DNA of 64,000 nt. Origin: Candidatus Bathyarchaeota archaeon (GTDB lineage: Archaea > Thermoproteota > Bathyarchaeia > Bathyarchaeales > Bathycorpusculaceae). The notes under the pieces are model-generated. The model saw only the letters and a list, made by a program, of their open reading frames with translations, searched no databases and had not been told where the DNA came from. A program made the position numbers and the translations under genes. Location of the stretch: positions 1,728,001 to 1,792,000 of the forward strand of contig OY970340.1 of assembly GCA_963717465.1 (NCBI GenBank). Reading direction: 5' to 3'. Shown in pieces: positions 21,266 to 33,238 of this stretch (its first letter is position 1; the number at the start of each line of letters is the position of its first letter).

Positions 21266-22768
21266 AATATTGTCAGTTATTAAATCGGTAGTTTGCCCAA
21301 TTTGCGGTTGTCTATGTGACGATATTGAAGTAACAGTTGAAAACAACAAAATTGTAAAAATGAAAAATGGTTGCGCCGTCTGCGAATCCAAAATGGTTCA
21401 CGGGTACAATGACGAAGAGCGTCTCTTGACGCCGATGATTAGGAAAAACGGAGAATTAGTTCCCGTTTCAATGGATGAAGCCGTGCAAAAAGCCGCCCAG
21501 ATTCTAACCGATGCCAAGTACCCCTTGCTTTTCGGTTGGAGTTCATCAACCAGCGAAGCGCAACGAATAGGCGTAGAGTTAGCTGAAGAGCTTGGCAGCG
21601 CTCTTGATAACACCTGCAGTATCTGTCACGGTCCATCAGTTATGGCTATTCAAGAAATAGGCATCCCTGCATGTACGCTGGGACAAATCAGGCACCGTGC
21701 AGACTTAATTATTTATTGGGCTTGTGACCCTTGGAGTGCCCATCCACGGCATCTTGAACGTTACACTTCTTTCTCAGAAGGAAGATTCGAAAAAAGCGAA
21801 TTGAAAGGCTACATCCAAAAGATGAAAGCAGCATCGGCGGAAAAAAAGATAGATGCAATGATCAAGCGCTCAAAAATTAAGTATCAACCGCCGCCTCGTC
21901 CGCAAACATGCACTGTAGATGCTCCTCCTGAGAACTTTCCAAAAACTGGGGCGGAAAATGATTGTGTGTTGATGTTAGAAAAACAATGACTGCTGAAGCT
22001 GCAGACTACTTCATTCAAGTTGAGCCTAACCATGATTATGAAGTTTTAGAGGCATTGCGAGCTCTGGTTTTTGATCAAGAGCTTGATGTTGATAAAGTAG
22101 GCGGTGTCCCAGTTGAGTACTTAAAAGAAGTCGCAGATGCCATGGTGAACGCAGAATTCGGCGTAATCTTCTTCGGTCTTGGATTAACAGCAACTGCAGG
22201 CAGATTCCGAAACATCGAAAACGCCATCGCATTAACACGTGACCTAAACAGAAAAACAAAATTCATGATCTTGCCCATGCGAGGACACTTTAACGTAACA
22301 GGCGCAAACGTGGTTTTTGCTTGGCAAACAGGCTATCCTTTCGCGCTTGACTTCTCACTTGGCTTTCCACAATACAATCCAGGTGAATTCACAGCCATCG
22401 ACTTGCTGAAACGCAACGATAACGATGCAATGTTAGTCATATCCTCTGATCCCGGAGCGCATTTTCCTAAGCCTGCTGTTCAAAACATGGTTAAGCATCC
22501 GTTAATCGTAATTGATCCACACATGAATTGCACCTCTATGCTGGGCGATGTGGTTTTCCCAACACAATGGTGCGGAATAGAATATCAAGGCACCGCATAC
22601 CGAATGGATCATGTACCAATAATGCTTCGCAAAGTTGTTGAGCCACCACCAGGCATTCTATCAGACGAGGATATCCTAAAACTAATTCTTAACGAAGTAA
22701 GGTCAATCAAAGCCAAAAAGCTCGAAGAAGAATCAAAAAACCAACCGCTTAAAGAAGGAAGTTCATAA
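21255..22768 (+). CDS. fwdB: Formylmethanofuran dehydrogenase subunit B (~503 aa); two apparent +1 indels at about 21948-21968
   Basis: CPICGCLCDD, DNTCSICHGP (Cys metal ligand, not Sec), AHPRH, PMRGHFNVTG, GTAYRMD; repaired junction reads GRKMIVVDVRKT. Confidence 0.93.
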
Positions 22769-24463
22769 ATGACTGACTTACTTATAAAAAACGGCTTTGT
22801 CTTTGACCCCATAAACAAGATTAACGGCGAAAAAATGGATATCGCCATCAAAAACGGCAAAATCGTTGAAAAGATACCTGAACATAAGGGACATGTAATA
22901 GATGCTACTGGCTTAACAGTTATGCCTGGCGGAATCGATATTCATACACATGTCGCAGGCACTGAAGTTAATCTTGGCAGAATACTTCGTCCAGAAGACC
23001 ACGTTAAAGATGTGGAATGCAAAACCGCCATAACAAGATCAGGCGTTGGCTACTCAATTCCATCAACCTTCACAACAGGATACCGCTATTCAAGAATGGG
23101 TTACACAACAATAATGAATCCATCAATGCCTCCTCTGGAAGCAAAGCACACACATGAAGAATTAAACGACATACCACTGGTGGACAAAGCTTCTTATCCG
23201 CTTCTAGGCGACTGGTGGTTTGTACTAGAACTCTTGAGTCAAGGGAAAATTGAGGAATGCGCCAGGCACGTAGCATGGATGTTGCAGATAACAAAAGGAT
23301 ACGCTATAAAAATTGTTAATCCCGGCGGCTTAGAATCATGGGGTTTCGGACGAAACGTTAAAACTATCGATGATCCAGTTCCTCACTTCTGCATAACCCC
23401 TCGTGAAATAATACGTGGCTTAGCAAAAGTGAACAAGATGCTGAATCTGCCGCATACTATACACCTTCACACTAACAACCTTGGGATACCAGGCAACTAC
23501 ACAACAACTCTTGACACAATGAGAGCTTTTGAAGACTTGTGCACTGATGGAAAACCAGTAGCGCACATAACACATTTACAGTTCAGCAGTTTCGGAGGAG
23601 ACGGCTGGGGAAACATGAGATCAGCAGCGGAACCAATCTCAAAATACATTAACACTCATAGCCACATGACCTTTGACATGGGTCAAGTAATATTCACCGA
23701 TACAACAACAATGACTGCTGATGGACCTTTCGAATTTACACTCTACGAATTAAGCGGTCACAAATGGATCAACGGCGACGTGGAAACCGAAACAAGCGGC
23801 GGCATCATCCCGTTCCACTATAAGCGTAACAACGCTGTTAATGCAACCCAATGGTCAATTGCCCTAGAACTTGCATTAATGATTGAGGACCCATGGAAAA
23901 TCTTCCTAACAACAGATCACCCTAATGGCGGACCGTTTTTTGCTTATCCAAAAATCCTTGCGTGGTTGATGAGCAAAAAATGCAGATTGACACTGCTAAA
24001 GAAGTGCCACAAGAAAGCCCAAAAAATCAGCCTTCTCCCAACAATTAACCGAGAATTAACCCTGTACGAATTAGCGATAATGACCAGAGCAGGACAAGCC
24101 AAAGCCTTAGGGCTCAAAAATAAGGGTCACTTGGGCATAGGCGCGGATGCGGATATTTCAATTTACAACATTAATCCTGAAACAACTGACATAGCTAAGA
24201 AATATCAGGCGGCTCGCAAAGCCTTCCAGCATGCAGCTTACACGATAAAGGATGGAAAAATAGTGGTTAAGGACGGCGAAGTAGTCAGTCACGTTGATGG
24301 CAGAACCATGTGGCTGGATGTACAAACAGATAAACAACCTGAAATTAACGAGGAAATGAAAAGAAAATTCAGAGAATACTGGACAGTTGAATACGATAAT
24401 TATCCAGTTTTCGAGCATTACCTTAAAGTTCCTGAAAAATTAACCATAAGGGCAAGTGTCTAA
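22769..24463 (+). CDS. fwdA: Formylmethanofuran dehydrogenase subunit A
   Basis: MPGGIDIHTH, RPEDH, KIVNPGG, TTDHPNGGPF. Confidence 0.97.
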   Translation: MTDLLIKNGFVFDPINKINGEKMDIAIKNGKIVEKIPEHKGHVIDATGLTVMPGGIDIHTHVAGTEVNLGRILRPEDHVKDVECKTAITRSGVGYSIPSTFTTGYRYSRMGYTTIMNPSMPPLEAKHTHEELNDIPLVDKASYPLLGDWWFVLELLSQGKIEECARHVAWMLQITKGYAIKIVNPGGLESWGFGRNVKTIDDPVPHFCITPREIIRGLAKVNKMLNLPHTIHLHTNNLGIPGNYTTTLDTMRAFEDLCTDGKPVAHITHLQFSSFGGDGWGNMRSAAEPISKYINTHSHMTFDMGQVIFTDTTTMTADGPFEFTLYELSGHKWINGDVETETSGGIIPFHYKRNNAVNATQWSIALELALMIEDPWKIFLTTDHPNGGPFFAYPKILAWLMSKKCRLTLLKKCHKKAQKISLLPTINRELTLYELAIMTRAGQAKALGLKNKGHLGIGADADISIYNINPETTDIAKKYQAARKAFQHAAYTIKDGKIVVKDGEVVSHVDGRTMWLDVQTDKQPEINEEMKRKFREYWTVEYDNYPVFEHYLKVPEKLTIRASV

Positions 24464-24464
24464 A

Positions 24465-25276
24465 ATGATAACTTTAACACCACTCAAAACGTTTGATGTT
24501 CCAGTAGTTGCTGAAAAAATAACTCCATTTAATTTCAAGGGTAAAACCACCGTTGAAATAGGAACTTGGTCGTTTTCGAAGGAAACAGGCAATTGACACT
24601 GAAAGATCTCTTCAAGATAGAGGAAAGCAGTGCTGAAACACCATCAATCACGATTAACGGTAACGTGGAGAAAGTTAAACGAATAGGTCAAGGCATGAAA
24701 AGCGGCGAGATTGTCATCAACGGTGATGTTGGAATGCATACTGGCGAAAAAATGCTCGGCGGCAAAATAACAGTGAACGGGAATGCTGGAGGCTGGGCGG
24801 GCAGTGACATGAAAGGCGGAACAATCGAAATCCACGGGGACGGAGGCGACTACTTAGCCTCTCCGTACAGGGGAAGCAGTACTGGCATGAAAGGCGGCAC
24901 GATAATTGTGGATGGGAAAGTGGGAAGCGACGTAGGCTGCTATTTACACGGAGGCACCCTTAAAATTAAAGGCGGCGCGGGCAGGTTTCTTGGTTACCAC
25001 ATGTCCGATGGCACCATTTTGGTCGAAAACAAAACTGAATACCGCGTTGGCGCATGCATGACCGGTGGCAAAATCGTCGTTGCAGGACCACTAGAAGAAC
25101 TTCTGCCGACATTCACAGTCGACGGCACAAAACCAAAAGTCAAAATTGACGATACACTAACTGTACAAGGACCATTCTACGTGTTTCTAGGCGATTTAGC
25201 TGAACATGGAACAGGCAAATTATTCGTCAATAAACCAAATAATCCACAGCTAAAAATATACGACAAATACCTCTAA
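24465..25276 (+). CDS. fwdC: Formylmethanofuran dehydrogenase subunit C (~270 aa); apparent -1 indel near 24563
   Basis: ATG 24465 MITLTPLKTFDVPVVAEKITP joins VFEGNRQ...; Gly-rich beta-helix repeats GxxMxGGxIxVxG. Confidence 0.93.
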
Positions 25277-25314
25277 CCCAACTTTTTTAGATTTTAAGTC
25301 ATTTAGATTTCTTT

Positions 25315-25860
25315 TCATGCGTTTTGCTTTAAATAATGCTTAACTATCTCCAGCAGTTGTTGTCCTTCAGATGGAAATTTAATGAACGGTACACTTGCAG
25401 AAGTCGCTTTTGCTACTTCTTCAGTAATCATGCCCGTAATAGCTAATATTGGCTGAACGGCTACCTGAAAATTTTGCTCAAGATCAGCTCGGAAAACTGC
25501 CGTAATTATTTTTGCCACATCGCTCCTTTTAGCAACCAAACTATGAAAGCCTTCGATGAAAATCACGTCTAATTTCTCATCTTCCAATAAACCTATTATA
25601 TTATCGAAATTACGGAATTTTTCATCAAACTTCTTTATCACATCAGCCTCTTCAGGAGAAACAGCCGCAACCACTTCAGCCCCCGCCTTCGTATAACGAT
25701 AAGTGTTTGAACCTTCAGTATCCATCGACAAGCTCTTATGATGAGTATGCTTTATCGAGCCTACTCTGTAACCTTCAGCAGTTAAATTGGAAATCAAATA
25801 CTCTAAAATTGTTGTTTTTCCCGAACCACTAATTCCAACCGCAGCAACCACTGGCACCAT
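25315..25860 (-). CDS. mobB: Molybdopterin-guanine dinucleotide biosynthesis protein B
   Basis: GISGSGKTT, VGSIKHTHH, DVIFIEGF; start placed at MVPVV. Confidence 0.9.
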   Translation of the reverse strand: MVPVVAAVGISGSGKTTILEYLISNLTAEGYRVGSIKHTHHKSLSMDTEGSNTYRYTKAGAEVVAAVSPEEADVIKKFDEKFRNFDNIIGLLEDEKLDVIFIEGFHSLVAKRSDVAKIITAVFRADLEQNFQVAVQPILAITGMITEEVAKATSASVPFIKFPSEGQQLLEIVKHYLKQNA

Positions 25861-25983
25861 TATTTCACAATCTAGCTGGAAGTAAACAATTTGTTTTTTA
25901 TAAATCGTATGCATCTTTCAATTTTAGGCAGTTAATTTTTTTGTAGAATTTGAGCAATTTTGAGCGACATAAAATAATTCAGG

Positions 25984-27132
25984 TTATTCAAGTTTCTTTG
26001 CTTTGTTTACGATTAATATTGATGCTATTTCTATTTCCTGAGGCGTTGTCATTCGTCCAAGACTGAGGCGTAAAGCTCCCAGTGCTTGTTCTGTCGTAAG
26101 TCCCATCGCCATAAGCACAGGTGATGGTTTTGCTGAACCAGCATGGCAAGCAGAGCCAGTTGATGCCGCGATTTCAGGCAGCTTAGACAGAAGACTTTCA
26201 CCGACTATGCCTTTGATGCTTAAGTTGAGTGTATTTGGTAGTCGCAAAGTTGGATGCCCGTTGAGTTTGATTTTTTCTTTTCCTAAACCTGTAGTGATAT
26301 TTTCTTGAAGTTTATCTCTTAACTCTCTAACGGATCGGCTGAAAGAATCCATATTCTTAAACGCTATTTCGCAGGCTTTGCCGAGCCCAACAATATATGG
26401 AACATTTTCTGTTCCTGCTCGCTTGCCCTGCTCTTGGCTTGCGCCGTGAATAAACTTATCAAGTTTTGTTCCTTGTCTAATGAATAATGCACCTATGCCT
26501 TTTGGAGCGTACAATTTATGACCCGCCATTGTTAGCAAGTCCACGCTCATTTGGTCAGCGTTCACTGGTATTTTTCCGCAAGACTGCGCCGCGTCAGTGT
26601 GGAATATCACCTTTTTTTGGTGGGCAATTTTGCCTATCTCTTCAATTCGCTGGATTGTTCCAACTTCATTGTTGGCATGCATCAAAGTTATAAGAACAGT
26701 TTCGCTAGTTAATGCCTTTTCAACATCAGAAGGGTTCACCATTCCATACTGATCTACCGGTAAAAAAGTAATTTTGAACCCGAACCTTTCTTGTAAATAA
26801 AGTAGCGGTTCAATAATAGATGGATGCTCAATCTTGGAAGTAATAACGTGTTTTCCCCTTTTCATGTTCGCAAAACAAGTTCCAAAGAGTGCATTGTTGT
26901 TGCTTTCTGTTCCTCCACTAGTAAAAACTACTTCATTTGCTTCTGCTCCTATTAACTTAGCAACCTGCAATCGAGCCTTTGTCACTGCTTCTTTTGCAGT
27001 TTCTCCGTACGCATGGCTGCTTGATGGGTTTCCAAAATGTTCCATAAAGAAGGGTTGCATGGCTGAAAGAACTATTGGATCGATAGGTGTTGTTGCATTG
27101 TAGTCAAGATAGATAGGGCATCCTTTTTTCAT
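25984..27132 (-). CDS. iscS: Cysteine desulfurase (NifS/IscS, group I)
   Basis: IYLDYNATTP, HTDAAQS, AGHKLYAPKG, STGSACH. Confidence 0.95.
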   Translation of the reverse strand: MKKGCPIYLDYNATTPIDPIVLSAMQPFFMEHFGNPSSSHAYGETAKEAVTKARLQVAKLIGAEANEVVFTSGGTESNNNALFGTCFANMKRGKHVITSKIEHPSIIEPLLYLQERFGFKITFLPVDQYGMVNPSDVEKALTSETVLITLMHANNEVGTIQRIEEIGKIAHQKKVIFHTDAAQSCGKIPVNADQMSVDLLTMAGHKLYAPKGIGALFIRQGTKLDKFIHGASQEQGKRAGTENVPYIVGLGKACEIAFKNMDSFSRSVRELRDKLQENITTGLGKEKIKLNGHPTLRLPNTLNLSIKGIVGESLLSKLPEIAASTGSACHAGSAKPSPVLMAMGLTTEQALGALRLSLGRMTTPQEIEIASILIVNKAKKLE

Positions 27133-27255
27133 TTCAATCTACCTGTTGAAATAATAGGAATCAGTGCGTTTATATTATCCTCTATCTTAGGGGCTCGATA
27201 CGTAGAAGAATTGATTAAGCTGTAAAGTGGCGGCTGAAGAAAATTTTGAAAATCC

Positions 27256-27543
27256 TTACTGCGCTAAAATCTCTATAAATTCGTCTAATGGCTTTGCTGG
27301 CATGCTCATTATGTGCACCGTTCCACGCGAACCGAGTTCAATTGATACTTTGGTTATGACATCATTGCTGGGAGCTTCAACAATATTGACAAAGTCGTAT
27401 TTCCCAATCGTGGCAAATTGTTGGACAACTTTTGCGCCGAAGGCTTCGATTTCTTTGTTGACTTCTTTGATTCTTTCCGGGTTCTTTTTGATGGTTTTTC
27501 TTCCTTCAGAGGTGAGTGTGGATAAAAGAATGTAGGTTGGCAT
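27256..27543 (-). CDS. GYD domain protein
   Basis: MPTYILLSTLTSEG, GKYDFVNIVEAP. Confidence 0.85.
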   Translation of the reverse strand: MPTYILLSTLTSEGRKTIKKNPERIKEVNKEIEAFGAKVVQQFATIGKYDFVNIVEAPSNDVITKVSIELGSRGTVHIMSMPAKPLDEFIEILAQ

Positions 27544-27627
27544 AAAAATCCTCTATAATATTTTTCTCTTGCATAGATTTAAATTATTATGCAAAATAAG
27601 TCCTAGATTGTAGACTTACTGATTGTT

Positions 27628-30600
27628 TTAAGTTGATTTGCAGTAAACTTTAACTTCGACTTGAGGTTGGTTTTGTCCTGTGAACTCTGATAAAGTTCCC
27701 TCCCACTTGGGATTTGAATGAACTGTGAATCCAACTGTTTGGGCGATTCCTCTCCACAAGAGTGCTGCGTCGTAGTCTTTTGCGTTTTGTGGCATGAACT
27801 CAAATATTGATCGGCTGGCGATTACGATTATTTTCTTTTTCATTCTTGAAATTGCAACGTTAATGCGGTTTAAGTTTAGCAGGAAATCACTTTCTAATCG
27901 GACGTAGTCAGGGTCGCTAACAGTTGAAGAAATTATAATCACATCATTTTCTCCGCCTTGATAGCGCTCAACAGTATCAACGCGCAATCTGTCATAACCA
28001 TCCGTTAAAATGTTCTTTACAAGTCCTCTCTGCGCGTTATGCGGAGTTACAACACCCACATCCACGGATTGCAGGTTTCTAATCAACGCCTCAGTGATTC
28101 TGGCTTCAACAAGGTTAGATTGAAAACTCTCCATTTCATCGTGAACTATTAGCACAAAAATATTCTCAGGCTTCAATACAGCTTCCAAGCCTTGAGTTGC
28201 CGCTTTGATAGGCAACAATGTTCCAGTTTGATCCGAGCGAAAATCAATTCCATCCTTATAATAAACCCAATTCCTCAAAAACTCCGCAACAACAGTGTGA
28301 CATCTATGGGTCTCACAAAGCCGCTCCGCTGGGATCTCCACGTGGCATAGGCATTTAATTCGGTCGATGCCTACATCTTCTTGCCGCAGTAAACGTAAAA
28401 AATCCTGCGCTGACAAGAATGAAGCCATTTCCTCCAGAGTTCTTCTGTCCTCTTTTCTCCAATCATGCGCTTGAATAGGAGGCAGTTGTCGATGGTCACC
28501 AGCCACAAGGATCTGGGCACTGCTGTTTACGAATGCTCCTGAGAGAATCAGTTCAGGAAGGCGCATCATGCTTGCCTCGTCAACCGCTAACAAATCAAAA
28601 AATCCTTCTCCCCAGGGGGGTTCGCCACCGCCGATTTTTTTCATAAGCCCGTACATTCCTGGTGGAGTAATGCACAAAATCAGTGGACTTGTTTTGTCGC
28701 TATTATCCAGTTTTGCCTGATTGTTTAACTCGTTTTTTAACTCAATAATTACGTTCTGGTTTTCGTTATAGTTAATGTATTTTACTCCATCAATAGGTTT
28801 AGCTGAAGCGACATCATTACTTAGAACTCTAATAATTCTCAAATCACCAAGGTCCACGCCGCCTTGTTTACAGTAGTTTCGCCAAGAATCTGCTAACTTG
28901 CCAACAAACTCCTGAATCGCTTTATGCGTGGGTGCAACCATTAAAACGCGGCACCTGCTTTTTGCACTATGGGCTGCAACATGAGCTAAAACCGCTAGCT
29001 GTAGCGTGTCAGTTTTTCCTGTTCCAGGCGGACCTTGAAGCATTACAATTTGCTCGGAGCTGAAAATTCTTTCGATGAACTGTTTTTGTTCTGGTTTAGG
29101 CGGTAAACGTTTGCTCTCAACCCATTTCAGAAAGTTGTTTGCTTGCTCTTTCGGTAAACTGTCATGCTTACAGGTGTCTTTTTTGCCTGCCAAAAAATTC
29201 GATAGTAAACAGTATACGGTGTTGCTGCTTGTGTAATTGAGGCATTCAGCTGCTCTTTCAGAAATAATATCATCAGCTAATTCGTCTAAGAATGTAGGTT
29301 TTTCCAACTTCAAAAAGTTGAATGCCTTTCTTATTTGCTTTCTCCGCGTTAGATGTGGGGAGATTATGCCATGTGCTGTATTTTCTGCTTTTGCCACTAG
29401 GCCAACTAATCACGTTAATGGTTATCTCCATATTACGCAAGTCAACATGTTCAATTATAACACGGGCTGATTTTTCAGCTTGAGACGGAGACCTTTCTAT
29501 GACTTCCTCAAACAATCCTTGGCTGTTTCTGCGTACTTCGTTGATGATCATCCAGTCGCCTGAGCTTGAGCCATCAGACCCCTTAATCCTTAACGCATTA
29601 GCCAAACCACCATCCGTGATTTGCGAATTGGGGTTTTCAAGAACCAGTTTTCCTTTAATTAGGAATTTGCGTTCTGTCTCCTCGATGTGGGTGCATTTTA
29701 AAATTACAGATCGGCCAGACGCTATTCTTTGAAAAGGTAGCAAAGCATAATACTGGAGTAACTCTTGACGTTTAGCATAGTATTCAAGGTCTAAGAATTC
29801 CCTGCAGCTTCTCTCCAGTGTTGCTGGTCCAAGCGTGAACTCAGCAATTTTTGGTATAGCTATGGGTTTCTTGCCAAGGTGCCTATTCCTAATGCTTAGT
29901 GAACGTTCAATATGCTCAAGAGCCAAACAAAGCTTTGTACCCATTAACGTTAGTTCTTCGTCGCTTATGCGGCGCTTGTTTAAGGGGTAATCGCACCACA
30001 TTCTTTTTTCAACAAAGATTTTTGCAGATCCCTTTTCTTTGTGGTTGTCAAGTCTACCTTTGGCAGCCCAAATATACTCCAGAGGAATTTGATTTCCGAA
30101 TCTTGCTCTTGCAGGGTAAAATCCATCACGATCGCGACCATTGTAATCTAAAATAAACGATATCGCGCCGTCAGGTTTTGTTTTGAACGGGAGTTTGTAA
30201 TTAAAGAAGCCATCCCTGAAAACATGGCGAAGATCGACTGTTGAATTGTCACTGCGTTTAGCAGTCCATTTGTTGTTATCGAAATATCCGCATTGTTCAA
30301 GAACTGGTAGAAGCCCACTGCTATGGTAACCCAACGCTTTTCTAAGTAACACTTCGTTTTGAACAATCGAGAACATTGGTTGATCAATTGCTTGTCTTAA
30401 CCCAAGAAGGTCTCTAACGGCTTGAGCGCTCATTAAAGATGACTGTCGACGCACCGCTTCCATGAGTACGTCCCGTTCGTGTTGAGTGTAAAAATACAGG
30501 TGAATTAAACCTTCGTCTTGGCTGCCTGATTCTTTAGCTACATGCTTAATTGCCTGAATCAGGTCAGCAAAAAACGCTTCAAGCATTTGTTTTTCTTCAT

Positions 30601-31985
30601 TAAGGCTTCCTTCACGGTCGTCAATAAGGTGACTAACAATTCTAGATACGCTGATTGGTTCTCCACGATAGCATGTGCAATTTACTCTGGCGCTTGCCAT
30701 GCAAACAATATCCAGCATGTAATCCCACTGAACATGCAAGTACACTCGGATCATGCCATCAGGTTTACATGAAAGTGATGAATTAGTTCCACTTTGTGCG
30801 CTGTCTTCAGGAAGATTACCATAACCTGTTCCCGTAAGCCAGGGCATTTTGCCAGTCTTATTCACAAATGGGCTGGTTGGCTTTATTCCGAAAAGCATGA
30901 ATTGAGCACGCTGGATTATGCGGTCAATTTTTGCCCCCTAATGCTGGGTCAGTTGATAACTCGTGCACTTTTTTTGTGTCTCTGGAAGGAATTTCCCTGA
31001 AATTGTAGGGCAACTGGTCTTCAGGTTTGGGCACAAATTTTAACTTGGCAAGGTCTTCCAATGTTTTGATTCCATGGTGCCTAAGAGCGTTCTGTTCACC
31101 CCTGCTTAGGTTAAGAAGGGCGATGCTTTGGTTTTCCACGGCGCGCACGATGCAGCACTCATTAAATCCGCAGTTATCGCATCTCTGACAAAGCTGAAAT
31201 TCGACTTCAGACAATGGGGTTTGATGTATGCGAAAGAATTCGCCTTCGCTGCTTAATAACCGTTCAACATCCTGAATTAAGGGGTCAAGCCGGAAAAGCA
31301 GGCTCTCAGAATTCAAATTCTCTATATCTGACTCTTTATTGATTACTCCTCCTTCAAACTCTACGCTGGAAACTTTGTTTCCTAAACCCTGCGAAAGGAG
31401 AAGGGCGTAAATTGCAACCTGGATCCTGTGAGCTGTTTGCTCTTTCCAGGACGCTTTAATTTCAAAAATTTTAAGTTTAGCCTTACCATTTTTTGCAGGC
31501 CAAATTGCAATTAAGTCAGCAATTCCCTTGAGTTCCCAGACGCCAACCTGCCCATTCATAGGCACTTGGTAGAGCAGAACTGGCATGGCATTATCCAATT
31601 CGTTATTTGCTAGTTGACTTTCGATAATATCCTGTAGGAGCTTCAAAGAATTGCTCCAAGCTTGTTCCCAGCCAACGTGTTTTGGATCAACATCTATAGT
31701 TAAGTCATAATAGGCTGCCGCTTTCTTCTTGAGTTCCTCAACTTTGGCTTTTTCAAGTTCTTTTCCTCCACCGTAAAGCAGGGGACTAATAGGCTTGAAA
31801 GCTTCTTGCCAATGAAAGCTGCTTTCTTGCTTGTCTTCAAATTTTAATTTAAAGTAACGTGGGCAGCAGTCAAAACGAATATACTCTGCTATTCCTGAGG
31901 CATCAAGAGAAGGCAGAATAGAAATAGAATCCGTCATCATTTCTGTTTTATTTTTAACTGTAGAATTGCCGTCTTGCTTGCTCAA
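27628..31985 (-). CDS. Cas4/RecB-like Fe-S nuclease - RNase H-like domain - SF1 (DNA2/UPF1-like) helicase fusion, ~1450 aa; two apparent +1 indels (30934-30938 and about 29291)
   Basis: CCPRY...GIADLI...FEIKASW...HRIQVAIY...CQRCDNCGFNECC; QGPPGTGKT, VDEASM, GDHRQLPP, TPHNAQ, TVERYQGGE, RINVAISR; repaired junctions LGAKIDRIIQRAQFML and KTYILDELADD. Confidence 0.85.
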
Positions 31986-32196
31986 GTTATCTGTTTCGCC
32001 TCATCACCAAAGATTGCCCACCAATTAACCTACCAATTGCGAACTCGACTTTAAAACAATTTTCTAAAAAATGCTTGATGGTCTTCTAAGTAAAGATTTG
32101 ATATTTCAATTCACTTAACATTTTTAACTATATAGATTATTATTAGAATATAGATTATGGCCAGAATCTCTATATCCAGAAAAGCGCTATTTTTAG

Positions 32197-32406
32197 TTGA
32201 GGAAAAGGAAAATGACAAAACACATTTGCAAATCATGTTCAGCTTGGTTTCTATCTGATATAGAAACTGAAAATGAATTGGTGATGTGCCCGTCCTGCAA
32301 ATCCAGCTTCAAAAGCGTACTAAACAGGCAGGGAATATTAACAATCGAACCATTCAAATGCGTGGACTTGATTGTCGAGCTTAGACAAGACATAAAAGGT
32401 TTTTAA
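32197..32406 (+). CDS. Small zinc-ribbon protein
   Basis: CKSC...CPSC; divergent from the nuclease-helicase. Confidence 0.55.
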   Translation: MRKRKMTKHICKSCSAWFLSDIETENELVMCPSCKSSFKSVLNRQGILTIEPFKCVDLIVELRQDIKGF

Positions 32407-32469
32407 TAAATGACTTTTTTTAAAATCTTTATCCCAAAACTAAGAATCTTTTGCTCAGCAACCCCTTGT

Positions 32470-32504
32470 GTAATATATAGACTTTGTAATTCTCTATATA
32501 TTAC
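32470..32504. repeat. Perfect 12-bp inverted repeat with 11-nt spacer
   Basis: GTAATATATAGA (32470-32481) / TCTATATATTAC (32493-32504). Confidence 0.7.
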
Positions 32505-32555
32505 GTGCAGAGACATTAAATCTTATTAGAGGCAATTTTACAAGTAAGGGAGAGC

Positions 32556-32855
32556 ATGCGACCTAATCTTATCATAGTGCTCCTTCTAATTGTTATAGCA
32601 AGCGTTTGCATAATAAAATTAAGTAGCGTTTCCAGCCATTCAATAATTACAGAAATCACTTGTAAATCACAAGCATTTTCAGCTGCTGATAATAAAAATA
32701 TAGTAACGCTAAGTAATTTAACTTTCAATAATTTTGAGTATAATTCGACTACTGACAGCTCATATTTGCCAGTTTTGATATTTTTGCCTTTAGTTGTGGG
32801 TTCTTTGGGCACCGTATTCATAGGAATCCGCCGAAAGAGCAAACGCCGAAATTAG
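32556..32855 (+). CDS. Small secreted/membrane-anchored protein
   Basis: GGGGAG SD; hydrophobic N-terminus; C-terminal TM followed by RRKSKRR. Confidence 0.55.
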   Translation: MRPNLIIVLLLIVIASVCIIKLSSVSSHSIITEITCKSQAFSAADNKNIVTLSNLTFNNFEYNSTTDSSYLPVLIFLPLVVGSLGTVFIGIRRKSKRRN

Positions 32856-33238
32856 CAATCCATTTTCTATCCGCTTTCAATCTTCTTCTGCTTGTGTGCT
32901 CTGAAAATTATTTTAGACTGAATTACTATGCTATAGGTTTTCTTATTGCCACTATAGATTATAAATGAAACCTTTATGAACGCAACAGGCAATCAATGTA
33001 TTGAAATCCCAAAAGGAAATCAAGCGAATAAAAAACTTAGCGGACCATCGTTTAACAAGCAGAAAAACCCCCACGATTAGACCCTCTAATCGCCATCCGA
33101 ATCCTCTCCTTGTTAAACATGATCCGTTTAAACGATTCGATTATTAATTTCATCATGCATGAAATTTTCCTTTAACTATGATTATTTAGAGAATTTTTTA
33201 AAATAACCTTTTTTGCTCTTGGCAAACGGGTTATTTAT

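Noticed and set aside
21600..21990. Selenocysteine in FwdB
   Set aside because: The catalytic position is TGT (Cys) in SICHGP; the TGA at 21987 arises from the frameshift
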